A stretch of DNA of 64,000 bases, taken from contig JAPLNQ010000163.1 of assembly GCA_026401075.1 (NCBI GenBank), positions 498-64,497 on the forward strand, in the 5' to 3' direction. The notes under the pieces are model-generated. The model saw nothing but the letters and a program-made list of their open reading frames with translations. It was not told the origin of the DNA and did not search any database. Positions 56,332 to 64,000 of this stretch are shown here, in pieces. How positions within the stretch are numbered: position 1 is the first letter of the stretch; the number at the start of each line of letters is the position of its first letter. A program made the translations under genes and the position numbers. Source of the DNA: Planctomycetia bacterium (lineage in GTDB: Bacteria; Planctomycetota; Planctomycetia; Pirellulales; UBA1268).

Positions 56332-56802
56332 ATGAACCACTGGCTGATCAAGAGCGAGCCCGACGTCTTTTCGATCCGGGACCTCGCCAAGGCGAAGCGG
56401 CAGACGACCCACTGGGAAGGCGTCCGCAACTACCAGGCCAGGAACTTCCTGCGGGCAATGCAGGTGGGCGACCGGGCGCTTTACTACCATTCCAACGCCA
56501 CGCCCTCGGCCGTGGCCGGCGTCGTCGAGATCGTCCGCACGGCCTATCCCGATCCGACGGCCTGGGACCTGAAAAGCGACTACCACGACCCCAAGGCGTC
56601 GCCCGAGAATCCGGTCTGGTCGATGGTCGACGTCAAGCTTGTGGAGATTTTTCCAAGGGAAATCCCACTGGATGAACTCCGCACAGCAAAAGCCCTGGAA
56701 GGGATGGAGCTTTTGCGCCGCGGCAGCCGGCTCTCCGTGCAGCCTGTGACAGCCGCCCAGTTTCGGGCCATCGAAAAACTGGGAAAAAAAGAAACTAGGT
56801 AA
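56332..56802 (+). CDS. EVE (PUA-like) domain protein
   Basis: MNHWLIKSEPDVFSI.DL......WEGVRNYQARNFLR.M.VGD..LYYHSN is the canonical EVE domain pattern. Confidence 0.85.
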   Translation: MNHWLIKSEPDVFSIRDLAKAKRQTTHWEGVRNYQARNFLRAMQVGDRALYYHSNATPSAVAGVVEIVRTAYPDPTAWDLKSDYHDPKASPENPVWSMVDVKLVEIFPREIPLDELRTAKALEGMELLRRGSRLSVQPVTAAQFRAIEKLGKKETR

Positions 56803-56847
56803 AAAAGCGGCCACCGGCCGGCCTGAGCTTTCGTCTACTATTTCTGC

Positions 56848-58086
56848 ATGACGTGCCGCCTCGATGCCGCCGCGCTTCCACCCCAGCCACCTCGCGCTGC
56901 TGCGCCACTGCCGGCGGCACTCGACTGGATCGCCGACGACCTCGCGGCCCTCCGCGCGGAGGGCCTGGAACGTCCCCACCGCGTGCGGTCTGGCCGGCAA
57001 GGCAGGGAGGTCGATCTCGACGGGCAGACGCTCCTCAACTTCGGGTCGAATGACTATCTCGGGCTTGCCGGCGATGTGCGGCTCACAAAGGCGGCGTCGA
57101 GGGCCGCCTGCGCCGAGGGGTTTGGTGCAGGCGCGAGCCCCCTGGTGAGCGGCCACTCGCAGGCCCATGAGCTCTTGGAACGGGCACTGGCGAACCTGCT
57201 CGCGGTCGATGGGGCTCTCACCTTTCCCAGCGGCTTCGCCGCCAACACCGCCACGATCGCGGCGCTGGCTGGGCCCGATGATGTAATCGCCAGCGACGCT
57301 CGCAACCACGCGAGCATCATCGACGGCTGCCGGCTCTCCCGTGCACGCATCGGCATCTATCCGCACCGCGACATGGCCGCACTCGATGCACTCCTCGCGC
57401 AGTCCGGTTCCGTCCGCCGTCGTTTGATCGTCACCGACACGGTCTTCTCGATGGACGGCACGGTCGCGCCGCTGGCCGACCTCTGCGAGCTGGCACGAAA
57501 GCACCGGGCGATCCTGATGGTGGACGAGGCGCATGCCACGGGGGTGTTTGGCGTGCGCGGCAGCGGCCTGGTCGAGGAGACAGGCTGTGCCGACGGCGTG
57601 CATGTCCGGGTCGGCACGCTCTCGAAGGCCCTGGCGGCCGCGGGAGGTTTTGTGGCCGGCCATGCCGACATGATCCACTGGCTCAGGCATAAGGCCCGGG
57701 CCTGGATCTTTTCCACGGCCCATCCGCCGGCCGTGGCCGCCGCGGCCACTCTCGCCATCGGCCTCCTGGCCGAGGGGCCGCACCGCCGCCGCGAGCTTTT
57801 GGAGCGGGCGGCCGGATTTCATGAACGCCTCTCGCGAAGTGGCCTCGACGTCGCCGGCGCCACGACCCAGATCGTGCCGATCATTGTCGGCTCAGCAGGA
57901 GGTGCCGTGGCGGTGTCCACGCGGCTGGCCGAGGCCGGCTTGTTCGTGCCTGCGATCCGGCCGCCCAGCGTGCCTGAAGGAAAAAGCCTCGTGCGGGTCA
58001 GCCTTTCCTGGCACCATACGGCCGACGACGTCGGCCGGCTCGTCAGCACCATCACCTCCATTCTCAGCGACCGCGCCGATTCCTGA
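56848..58086 (+). CDS. bioF: 8-amino-7-oxononanoate synthase (or closely related alpha-oxoamine synthase)
   Basis: SNDYLGL, DEAHATGVFG, TLSKALAAAGG (PLP lysine). 412 aa. Confidence 0.8.
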   Translation: MTCRLDAAALPPQPPRAAAPLPAALDWIADDLAALRAEGLERPHRVRSGRQGREVDLDGQTLLNFGSNDYLGLAGDVRLTKAASRAACAEGFGAGASPLVSGHSQAHELLERALANLLAVDGALTFPSGFAANTATIAALAGPDDVIASDARNHASIIDGCRLSRARIGIYPHRDMAALDALLAQSGSVRRRLIVTDTVFSMDGTVAPLADLCELARKHRAILMVDEAHATGVFGVRGSGLVEETGCADGVHVRVGTLSKALAAAGGFVAGHADMIHWLRHKARAWIFSTAHPPAVAAAATLAIGLLAEGPHRRRELLERAAGFHERLSRSGLDVAGATTQIVPIIVGSAGGAVAVSTRLAEAGLFVPAIRPPSVPEGKSLVRVSLSWHHTADDVGRLVSTITSILSDRADS

Positions 58087-58094
58087 AGCCGCCT

Positions 58095-59423
58095 ATGCGC
58101 TCGCAACAAGACACGTGGTGCGTCATCGGCGCCGGGCCCTCGGGCCTCACGACACTCAAAAACCTGCTGGCTGCCGGCATCCCCGCCGAGTGCCTCGAAC
58201 GCGAGGACGATGTCGGCGGCAACTGGTATTTCGGCTCGGCCGCATCGAGCGTCTTTGCGTCGACCCGGCTGATCAGCTCGAAGTCGCTCACCGCCTACAC
58301 CGACTTTCCGATGCCGCGGGAGTGGCCGGCCTATCCCGACCACGCGCATTGCCTCGATTATCTGCGTGGCTATGCGAGGCACTTCGGTCTCGTGCCACAC
58401 ATCCGCACGCACTCGGCCGTCGAGCGGGTGGAGCCGGCCCCGGTCGGCGGCTGGACGGTGCACACGGCAGGCGGTGAAGCCAGGCATTACGCCGGGGTCG
58501 TCATCGCCACCGGCCACAACCGTGAGCCGCGGTGGCCAGAAATCCCCGGCACGTTCACCGGCGCGGTGGTGCATTCCTGCCACTACAAATCGCCCACGCA
58601 GCCTGTGGAGATCGCGGGCAAGCGGGTGCTTGTGATCGGCGGCGGCAACTCGGCCTGTGACATCGCGGTGGACTGCGCACCGCATGCGGCCGCCACGGTG
58701 CTCTCCCTCCGCCGCGGCTATTACCTGGTGCCGCGGTTCATCATGGGCCGGCCGGCCGACCTGCGCGGCGAACGCCTCTTGAAACTGCGGCTGCCCTTGT
58801 GGCTCCGCAGGCTGGTGAGCCTGCGGGCGATCGACCGTGAGATCGGCCTGCCCTGGAGGCATGGCCTGCCACGGCCCGACCACCGCCTGTGGGAGACGCA
58901 TCCGGTCATCAACGGCGAACTCTGCCGGCAGATCGACTCGAGGCTCGTCCGACCGACGGCCGACGTGGTCCGCTTTGACGGCAATGCGGTCTTGTTCGCC
59001 GACGGCAGCCACGCGGAGTTCGACATCGTCATCTGCGCGACGGGCTACCGCGTGTCGCTGCCATTCATCGATCCGGAGCATCTTTGCGCCGACGCCGAGG
59101 GGGTGCCGCGGCTGTTCATGAACCTCTTGCATCCCACCCGCGACGACGTCGCCGTCGTGGGGCTCATCCAGCCCGACAGCGGCCAGTGGGGGCTGACCGA
59201 TCTGCAGGCCAAACTCGTGGCGCGGATGGCCGTGGCCGCGCGGCGTTCGCCGCGGGCGGCGGCCTGGCTCTACCGGACGCGATGCCGGCCATCTCAATCC
59301 CGTTCGGTCCGCTACGTCGATTCGCCCCGCCACCGCCTCGAGGTCGAGCACTTTTCCTATCGACGGGCGCTTGAGCGACTCATCACGGCGATCGATCGAC
59401 GGCTCCGCGTGGAGGTGAGCTGA
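58095..59423 (+). CDS. Flavin-containing monooxygenase (class B FMO-like)
   Basis: IGAGPSGL (FAD) ... DDVGGNW ... VIGGGNSACD (NADPH). 442 aa. Confidence 0.8.
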   Translation: MRSQQDTWCVIGAGPSGLTTLKNLLAAGIPAECLEREDDVGGNWYFGSAASSVFASTRLISSKSLTAYTDFPMPREWPAYPDHAHCLDYLRGYARHFGLVPHIRTHSAVERVEPAPVGGWTVHTAGGEARHYAGVVIATGHNREPRWPEIPGTFTGAVVHSCHYKSPTQPVEIAGKRVLVIGGGNSACDIAVDCAPHAAATVLSLRRGYYLVPRFIMGRPADLRGERLLKLRLPLWLRRLVSLRAIDREIGLPWRHGLPRPDHRLWETHPVINGELCRQIDSRLVRPTADVVRFDGNAVLFADGSHAEFDIVICATGYRVSLPFIDPEHLCADAEGVPRLFMNLLHPTRDDVAVVGLIQPDSGQWGLTDLQAKLVARMAVAARRSPRAAAWLYRTRCRPSQSRSVRYVDSPRHRLEVEHFSYRRALERLITAIDRRLRVEVS

Positions 59424-59429
59424 CGCGTA

Positions 59430-59768
59430 TCAGCCGTCGGCACCAAAGCGGCGCACCCCAGCGGCAAAGTCCGCCGGCTGCGGCCGGGCGCGGGCCGAGA
59501 GAAACGCCACGAGCGGCCGGGTCGCTTCTGGCACGGAATGGTCGTCGCAGACGATCCGCCGCACCGTCGCATCCCGCTCGATCACGATCTCGTACTGCCG
59601 CAGGTCGCGGCCGGTTTCAGAGAACCGGTCGAACGATTCCGTGAGTCCGCTCGCGGCAATGAGCGTCTCGAGTTCCTGCCGCTCGTCAGGAGCAAGATCG
59701 TTGTCGTTGATCGTGCAGCCCTTGAGCATGCCAGCGAACCCTCCAGACTGGACGAACGTGATTTTCAT
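59430..59768 (-). CDS. Emfourin-like small protein (putative M4 metalloprotease inhibitor family)
   Basis: 112 aa. MKITFVQSGGFAGMLKGCTINDNDLAPDERQELETLI matches my recollection of the emfourin family pattern (R/QSGGFAG...L...E...L). No M4 protease gene is in the window. Confidence 0.5.
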   Translation of the reverse strand: MKITFVQSGGFAGMLKGCTINDNDLAPDERQELETLIAASGLTESFDRFSETGRDLRQYEIVIERDATVRRIVCDDHSVPEATRPLVAFLSARARPQPADFAAGVRRFGADG

Positions 59769-59779
59769 AGGGGTGGCCG

Positions 59780-62700
59780 CTATCGCGTTGCTGGCTGCGG
59801 AAACTCAAGCCCCGAGCCTGATGACATCTGCCCTGGCACCTGGCCTGAAGGTGACGCGGTCTCCGGCGGCGGCGGATTGCCGAAGAGCGTCTCCAATCCC
59901 CGGCTCAGCTGCGGCCCGATCACTGCCTCGGTGGTGTTTTCCACGATCCTTCCAATGATCAGGTCCATCGACCGCGCATCGAACTGCGGCCGATTGACGG
60001 TGCCCTTGAGTGGAATGACCAGCGGCGTCCGCAGCAGCTTTCCCACCACCGGTGTGGCCCCCATAATGTCGCCGCGAAACGCCACCTCGACCATCATCGC
60101 GAGCGTGCCGTCGGCGCCCACACTGCCGGCGGAGCGGATCACGAGCTGGCCCGCGTCCATCACGAGGCCCTCGTGCCAGAGACGGCGATCGGCCAGCCGC
60201 ACGCTGACCGGCTCCGACCGCACCCGCAGGAGCACCGCCTTGTCGCCAAACGCAAACCGCGGATCGATCGCCGACTGCAGCTTCACGATCAGGTTCACCA
60301 GCGGCTGCACCCGCTCGCCCGGCCTCGATTCGAGGTTCTCAAAAATCACCTGTCCAGACGCCTCACCGCCGAAGGGATCTCCCAGCGGTAGCCGCGCACC
60401 CGACAGATCGACGCTCATCAATCCTTGCGTTTGCGTCGACTGGCCGATCAGCGGCACGAGCCAGTTGATCCAGCGATCGCACATCTGCTGTGTGAGGACC
60501 ACACGGTCGAGGCAGCGGCCGGGCGGCACGATCAGCTCGCCCGGCGCCGGCAGGAGCCGCAGCCACGGCGCCCCGCGGAGACGGCCGCCGGAGGCGGCCA
60601 GGTCAAACGGCCCAAGCGCCAGTTGGCCCTCGAAAAACCGTACCGGCATATCACCGGGCGCGAACTGGAAGCCGGCGACCTCCGCCGCGGTCCACGCCGC
60701 CGAGGTATCGATCGAGAACGCCCGCAATCGGTCGGAGAGATCCGGGGCGGAACGGGCCGCCGTGGGCCTCGGCAGCGGCAGCGCGACACGGGCCAGTTTC
60801 TCAGCCTGGGTACCTCGAGCCGACGACAACCAGTCCTCCGGAAGCAGCAGCGACTGTTCGGCATTCTCCGCCGCCGCCGTGGCACCGACGACCAGCTGCC
60901 CGTGCGGCCCACGCAGCGAAAATGGTCTGGCGCCGGCGCCGGCGAGCCTGAGCCTGCCGCCGGTCCAGGGCGTCAGCAGCCGCGACACCTGCTCCCAGTC
61001 GTAGGCGACGTTGCCCCCCAGTTCGACCGTCTGCCGTGACGAGAGCTCGCCAATGCTGCCCGCGGCCGCGACGGCCGTCACTTCCAGCACGAGCGTGGCC
61101 CGAGGCTCGCTCCAGAGCGGAATCGCCACGCCGGCCGCGCGGCCCTTCGCCACCGCCGCGCCGTCGGCCAGTTGCGTATCCAACTGCGCATCCAACTGCG
61201 TGCTGGAGAGAGCGAGCTCACTGCCCGTCGCCTCCACCAGCACGTTCATGCCGATCGGGGTGTCGAGAATTTCGGCGGTACCCCAGGCCCTGCCGGCCGC
61301 AGGCCAGCGGCTGGCAGTAGCCGGCGGCAGGAGCCAGCGTTCCAACCGCGCCACGTCGGCCTGCCACTGCAATTTACCGCGGAGCCTGTCGACGATGCTG
61401 TCCGTGCCAAGGCCCGCTGCCAGCGGAGCGTTTCCCCGTGCCGGCAGCACGGTGAGCCCGCCGGTCCGCAGCGAGAGGGTCGGTGTGAGGAGTTCGGCCG
61501 ACGAGATTTCGACCTGCCCGGTGGCGGGATTCCACCGGCCCGCGGCGCTGGCCACGGCCCGCGGCTCACTGATCCGCCGGCCGTTGCACTTCACCGTCAG
61601 CCTTTCGACCTCGCCGCCGGCTCGCGTGATCTGCCAGCTGCCGCCCTGCGCAGCGAGCGCCGCCGAGGCCTTCGCGAAGCCTCCCAGTTCCACGCCCTCG
61701 AGAACCGTCAATGGCAGCAGACCTTCCCAGCGTGGCTGCCAGCGGGCGAGGTCGCCCGTCAGGGAGCAGTCCGCCGCGATCGCCTGCGACCCCGGCGCCG
61801 CCCGCAGCCACGGTCCGTGCCGCCGCGCGTCAGCGGAGAGGACCGATCCGACATTCACCAAGGCGCCGCCAGTGAGCGTGACCTCGAGCGTGTCGTCGGC
61901 TGCGCTGACGATTCCATGGCCCTGATCGACGAGCAGCGTGGCCCCGGCCATGCCGCCAGTCCCCTCGGCCTCGATCGTGAGTTCCGCATCCCGCCAGGGT
62001 GGTCTACCGGGTCGCGCCAGTTCAAAATTCGACAGGCTGGCCGAGACCTTGGCGTGGGATGCGGTGGTGGCCGGGACCCGCACCAGATCGATCCGCCCAT
62101 GGGACGATCCGGCGAGCTTCACGCCCTCGAGCTCGAGCACTTCACCTGCCTCGGCCACAAGCTTGTCGAAGTCGAGCGTCCACTGCACGGTCGACGACTC
62201 TGCGGTGCCGAAGGCAGACACCTCAACGGCGGGAGAGGCGATCCGCGCCTCCTCGATCCGTAGCCGGTCACCACGGGTCGTTCCTCGTCGGCCCCGCAGC
62301 CAGGCGGTGAAGGGCTCGTTCCACCGCAGCATGCGCTCCTGGCGCCTGGCACCGTCGCGTGGCCCGCCGCCGGCTTGTGGTTGATCCTGCGCCGTCGCGA
62401 CGACGCTCTGCACCGCAGCGAGATCCCTTGAACTGGCACGAACCTCCAGCACGCGTTCGTTGCCATCGGCCCGCGCGACGGCGGAGAGCTGCAACTGCCC
62501 ACCGGTGACCCGCACATCAGGCCGCACGGTGAGGCCGCCGGGCATGGCCCGCGCAGCTGCGGCAAGATCGATATCCGCGGCGACCGCGAAATTCTCCCCC
62601 ACGAGCGCTTCGGCCCAGTCCCATGTGCCCCCCGCCGGCAGGCGGATCCGGCCCGAGGCCTCGGCCTTGAACAGCTGCGAGTCCACCTTCAGCGATCGCA

Positions 62701-63823
62701 CCGTGATCCGGTCGCCATCGACCGACAGATCGATCGGCATCTCGCCGCGGTCAAGCGTGATCAGTTCCGCCAGCGTGTCGGCCTGACAGATCGCCAGCTG
62801 CGATCCTGACACCACACCAGCCACCCGCACCGTTTCCGATACGGACCGCGCGGGCGGCTTCCGTGGCAGACCGCTGTCGTCGCCGGCGGTTCCAACCGGG
62901 GGTGACGGCAACGTGATGTCGAGCCGCACGTCGGCCAATCCATCGAGCACATGCGCCGCGTCGAACCGCGTGGCCAGCACACTCGAGAGTCCCAATGGCA
63001 GGCGGGTGGCGGCCACGGCGAGCGTCCGCGGCTTGTCGGAGGACTGGTTGTCGGGCGACGACACCGACCAGCCACCGTCCCGCGCGAGGATGGCGGTGGC
63101 ACCGGCCGCGACGGTCGTGCGATCGAGTCTGCCGGAGGGCCCGGCGGAATCCTGCACCCGGTCCGAGGCAACGCGGTTGGCCGCGGCATCGATATCCCGC
63201 AGAGGCGCACCGGTATGCCGCGTGCGACCTGAAATCGTCCAGCCAGCGAGGGTCGCATCGGGCCGCACGGTGCCTGCCGCCAGAAGATCGGTGATCCGCC
63301 AGGCATCATGATGTTCCAGATCGACCAGTTCGATGGCGGCATCGACAACCTCGAGTTCGAACGACACCGGCACTGCCGTGGCCTGCACGACTGCTGCCAG
63401 CCAAGGGGCGAGCACGTCCTCGATCGTGCTGCCGCCGCGGCGGACCTCCACGAGCGCCTCGCCGCCGATCAGCCGCACCGCGCCCAGATCGCCCGGATGG
63501 ACAAGCAGGCTCGCCAGGCCGCGATCGATCACCACGCGGGGCACGGCCACCAGCGGCCGCCCTGTCGGATCGCGGAGCACGACATCGCGGTATTCAATGG
63601 TGCCCCACCACTGCCATTGTGCGGCGCGGCTGGTCACACGGCCGTCAATGCCGGCGAAGATCGCCTCGAGCGGCCGGTCGCGGAGATCGGTGAGCACGAT
63701 CAGTGCCGGCGCGAACCAAACGGCCGCCCCGAGCAGGGCGAGGGCCGCCAGCGAGAAGACACGGCGACGGCGCCGCGGCCGCGGCTGCCACTCATCGTCG
63801 GATCGTGAACGTCGCGTCGCCAT
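59780..63823 (-). CDS. Giant membrane-anchored envelope protein, AsmA/TamB-like (tentative)
   Basis: Track ORF 59780..63940. ATG 63823 (MATRRSRSDDEW..RRRRRVFSLAALALLGAAVWFAPALIV anchor), then ~1300 aa of Ala/Gly/Leu/Val-rich, repeat-poor sequence. The CDS is secure; the family assignment is weak. Confidence 0.6.
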   Translation of the reverse strand: MATRRSRSDDEWQPRPRRRRRVFSLAALALLGAAVWFAPALIVLTDLRDRPLEAIFAGIDGRVTSRAAQWQWWGTIEYRDVVLRDPTGRPLVAVPRVVIDRGLASLLVHPGDLGAVRLIGGEALVEVRRGGSTIEDVLAPWLAAVVQATAVPVSFELEVVDAAIELVDLEHHDAWRITDLLAAGTVRPDATLAGWTISGRTRHTGAPLRDIDAAANRVASDRVQDSAGPSGRLDRTTVAAGATAILARDGGWSVSSPDNQSSDKPRTLAVAATRLPLGLSSVLATRFDAAHVLDGLADVRLDITLPSPPVGTAGDDSGLPRKPPARSVSETVRVAGVVSGSQLAICQADTLAELITLDRGEMPIDLSVDGDRITVRSLKVDSQLFKAEASGRIRLPAGGTWDWAEALVGENFAVAADIDLAAAARAMPGGLTVRPDVRVTGGQLQLSAVARADGNERVLEVRASSRDLAAVQSVVATAQDQPQAGGGPRDGARRQERMLRWNEPFTAWLRGRRGTTRGDRLRIEEARIASPAVEVSAFGTAESSTVQWTLDFDKLVAEAGEVLELEGVKLAGSSHGRIDLVRVPATTASHAKVSASLSNFELARPGRPPWRDAELTIEAEGTGGMAGATLLVDQGHGIVSAADDTLEVTLTGGALVNVGSVLSADARRHGPWLRAAPGSQAIAADCSLTGDLARWQPRWEGLLPLTVLEGVELGGFAKASAALAAQGGSWQITRAGGEVERLTVKCNGRRISEPRAVASAAGRWNPATGQVEISSAELLTPTLSLRTGGLTVLPARGNAPLAAGLGTDSIVDRLRGKLQWQADVARLERWLLPPATASRWPAAGRAWGTAEILDTPIGMNVLVEATGSELALSSTQLDAQLDTQLADGAAVAKGRAAGVAIPLWSEPRATLVLEVTAVAAAGSIGELSSRQTVELGGNVAYDWEQVSRLLTPWTGGRLRLAGAGARPFSLRGPHGQLVVGATAAAENAEQSLLLPEDWLSSARGTQAEKLARVALPLPRPTAARSAPDLSDRLRAFSIDTSAAWTAAEVAGFQFAPGDMPVRFFEGQLALGPFDLAASGGRLRGAPWLRLLPAPGELIVPPGRCLDRVVLTQQMCDRWINWLVPLIGQSTQTQGLMSVDLSGARLPLGDPFGGEASGQVIFENLESRPGERVQPLVNLIVKLQSAIDPRFAFGDKAVLLRVRSEPVSVRLADRRLWHEGLVMDAGQLVIRSAGSVGADGTLAMMVEVAFRGDIMGATPVVGKLLRTPLVIPLKGTVNRPQFDARSMDLIIGRIVENTTEAVIGPQLSRGLETLFGNPPPPETASPSGQVPGQMSSGSGLEFPQPATR

Positions 63824-63869
63824 AGACAGCGGAGTATAGAAGTCTCGCCCCCTCCCGCGAAGGCGAATA

Positions 63870-64000
63870 TCACCGCGATTGCAACCGCTCGAGGTCGTCG
63901 GGTGTGTCGATATCGACAAATGACTCGAGCGTCGGATCAACGGCCTTGCATGCTTCCTCAGTCACCTCGCCAACGCTCTGTGGATCAGTCTGGACCATCT
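63870..64000 (-). CDS. Partial CDS (C-terminal end only), possibly a MobA-like NTP-transferase
   Basis: Hand translation of the minus strand gives ...VGEVTEEACKAVDPTLESFVDIDTPDDLERLQSR*, with the stop at 63872-63870. (D/N)I(D/N)TPEDL endings are typical of MobA-like nucleotidyltransferases. Only ~43 codons are visible. Confidence 0.3.
   Translation of the reverse strand, partial: MVQTDPQSVGEVTEEACKAVDPTLESFVDIDTPDDLERLQSR

Overview
High-GC chromosomal window. Its gene content points to a member of the Planctomycetota: two DUF1559 proteins with prepilin-type N-termini, a YTV-repeat protein, an ECF sigma factor paired with a Ser/Thr kinase, and a secreted protein with an LExLExR N-terminal motif. 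About 55 protein-coding genes can be supported. I recognised no rRNA, tRNA, CRISPR array, transposase, integrase or phage genes. Housekeeping blocks are rsmG(partial)-glnN, ffh-rpsP-trmD-rplS-yraN, sucCD, lutA...lutBC and bioF. Three accessory features stand out. (1) 29.4-42.0 kb is a glycan-assembly cluster with two GDP-mannose 4,6-dehydratase paralogues, five GT4 glycosyltransferases, four methyltransferase domains and a sulfotransferase. (2) 50.4-53.4 kb is a co-oriented block of cysteine-saturated ORFs. It includes a 61-aa exported peptide with 17 Cys and two neighbours sharing a CCE(S/G)G motif, and it sits directly upstream of a Cys-rich YTV-repeat envelope protein. This is my best candidate for an undescribed system. 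(3) Two families of structured intergenic repeats are dispersed through the window: a ~70-bp double-hairpin element (6 full copies plus 1 half copy) and a 25-bp-arm inverted repeat (2 loci, one nested with the first family). All functional calls come from motif recognition in the supplied translations; no database search was possible. Start codons were refined by hand and are less certain than stops. Many long ORFs in the track are antisense or shadow ORFs typical of high-GC DNA and were not annotated.
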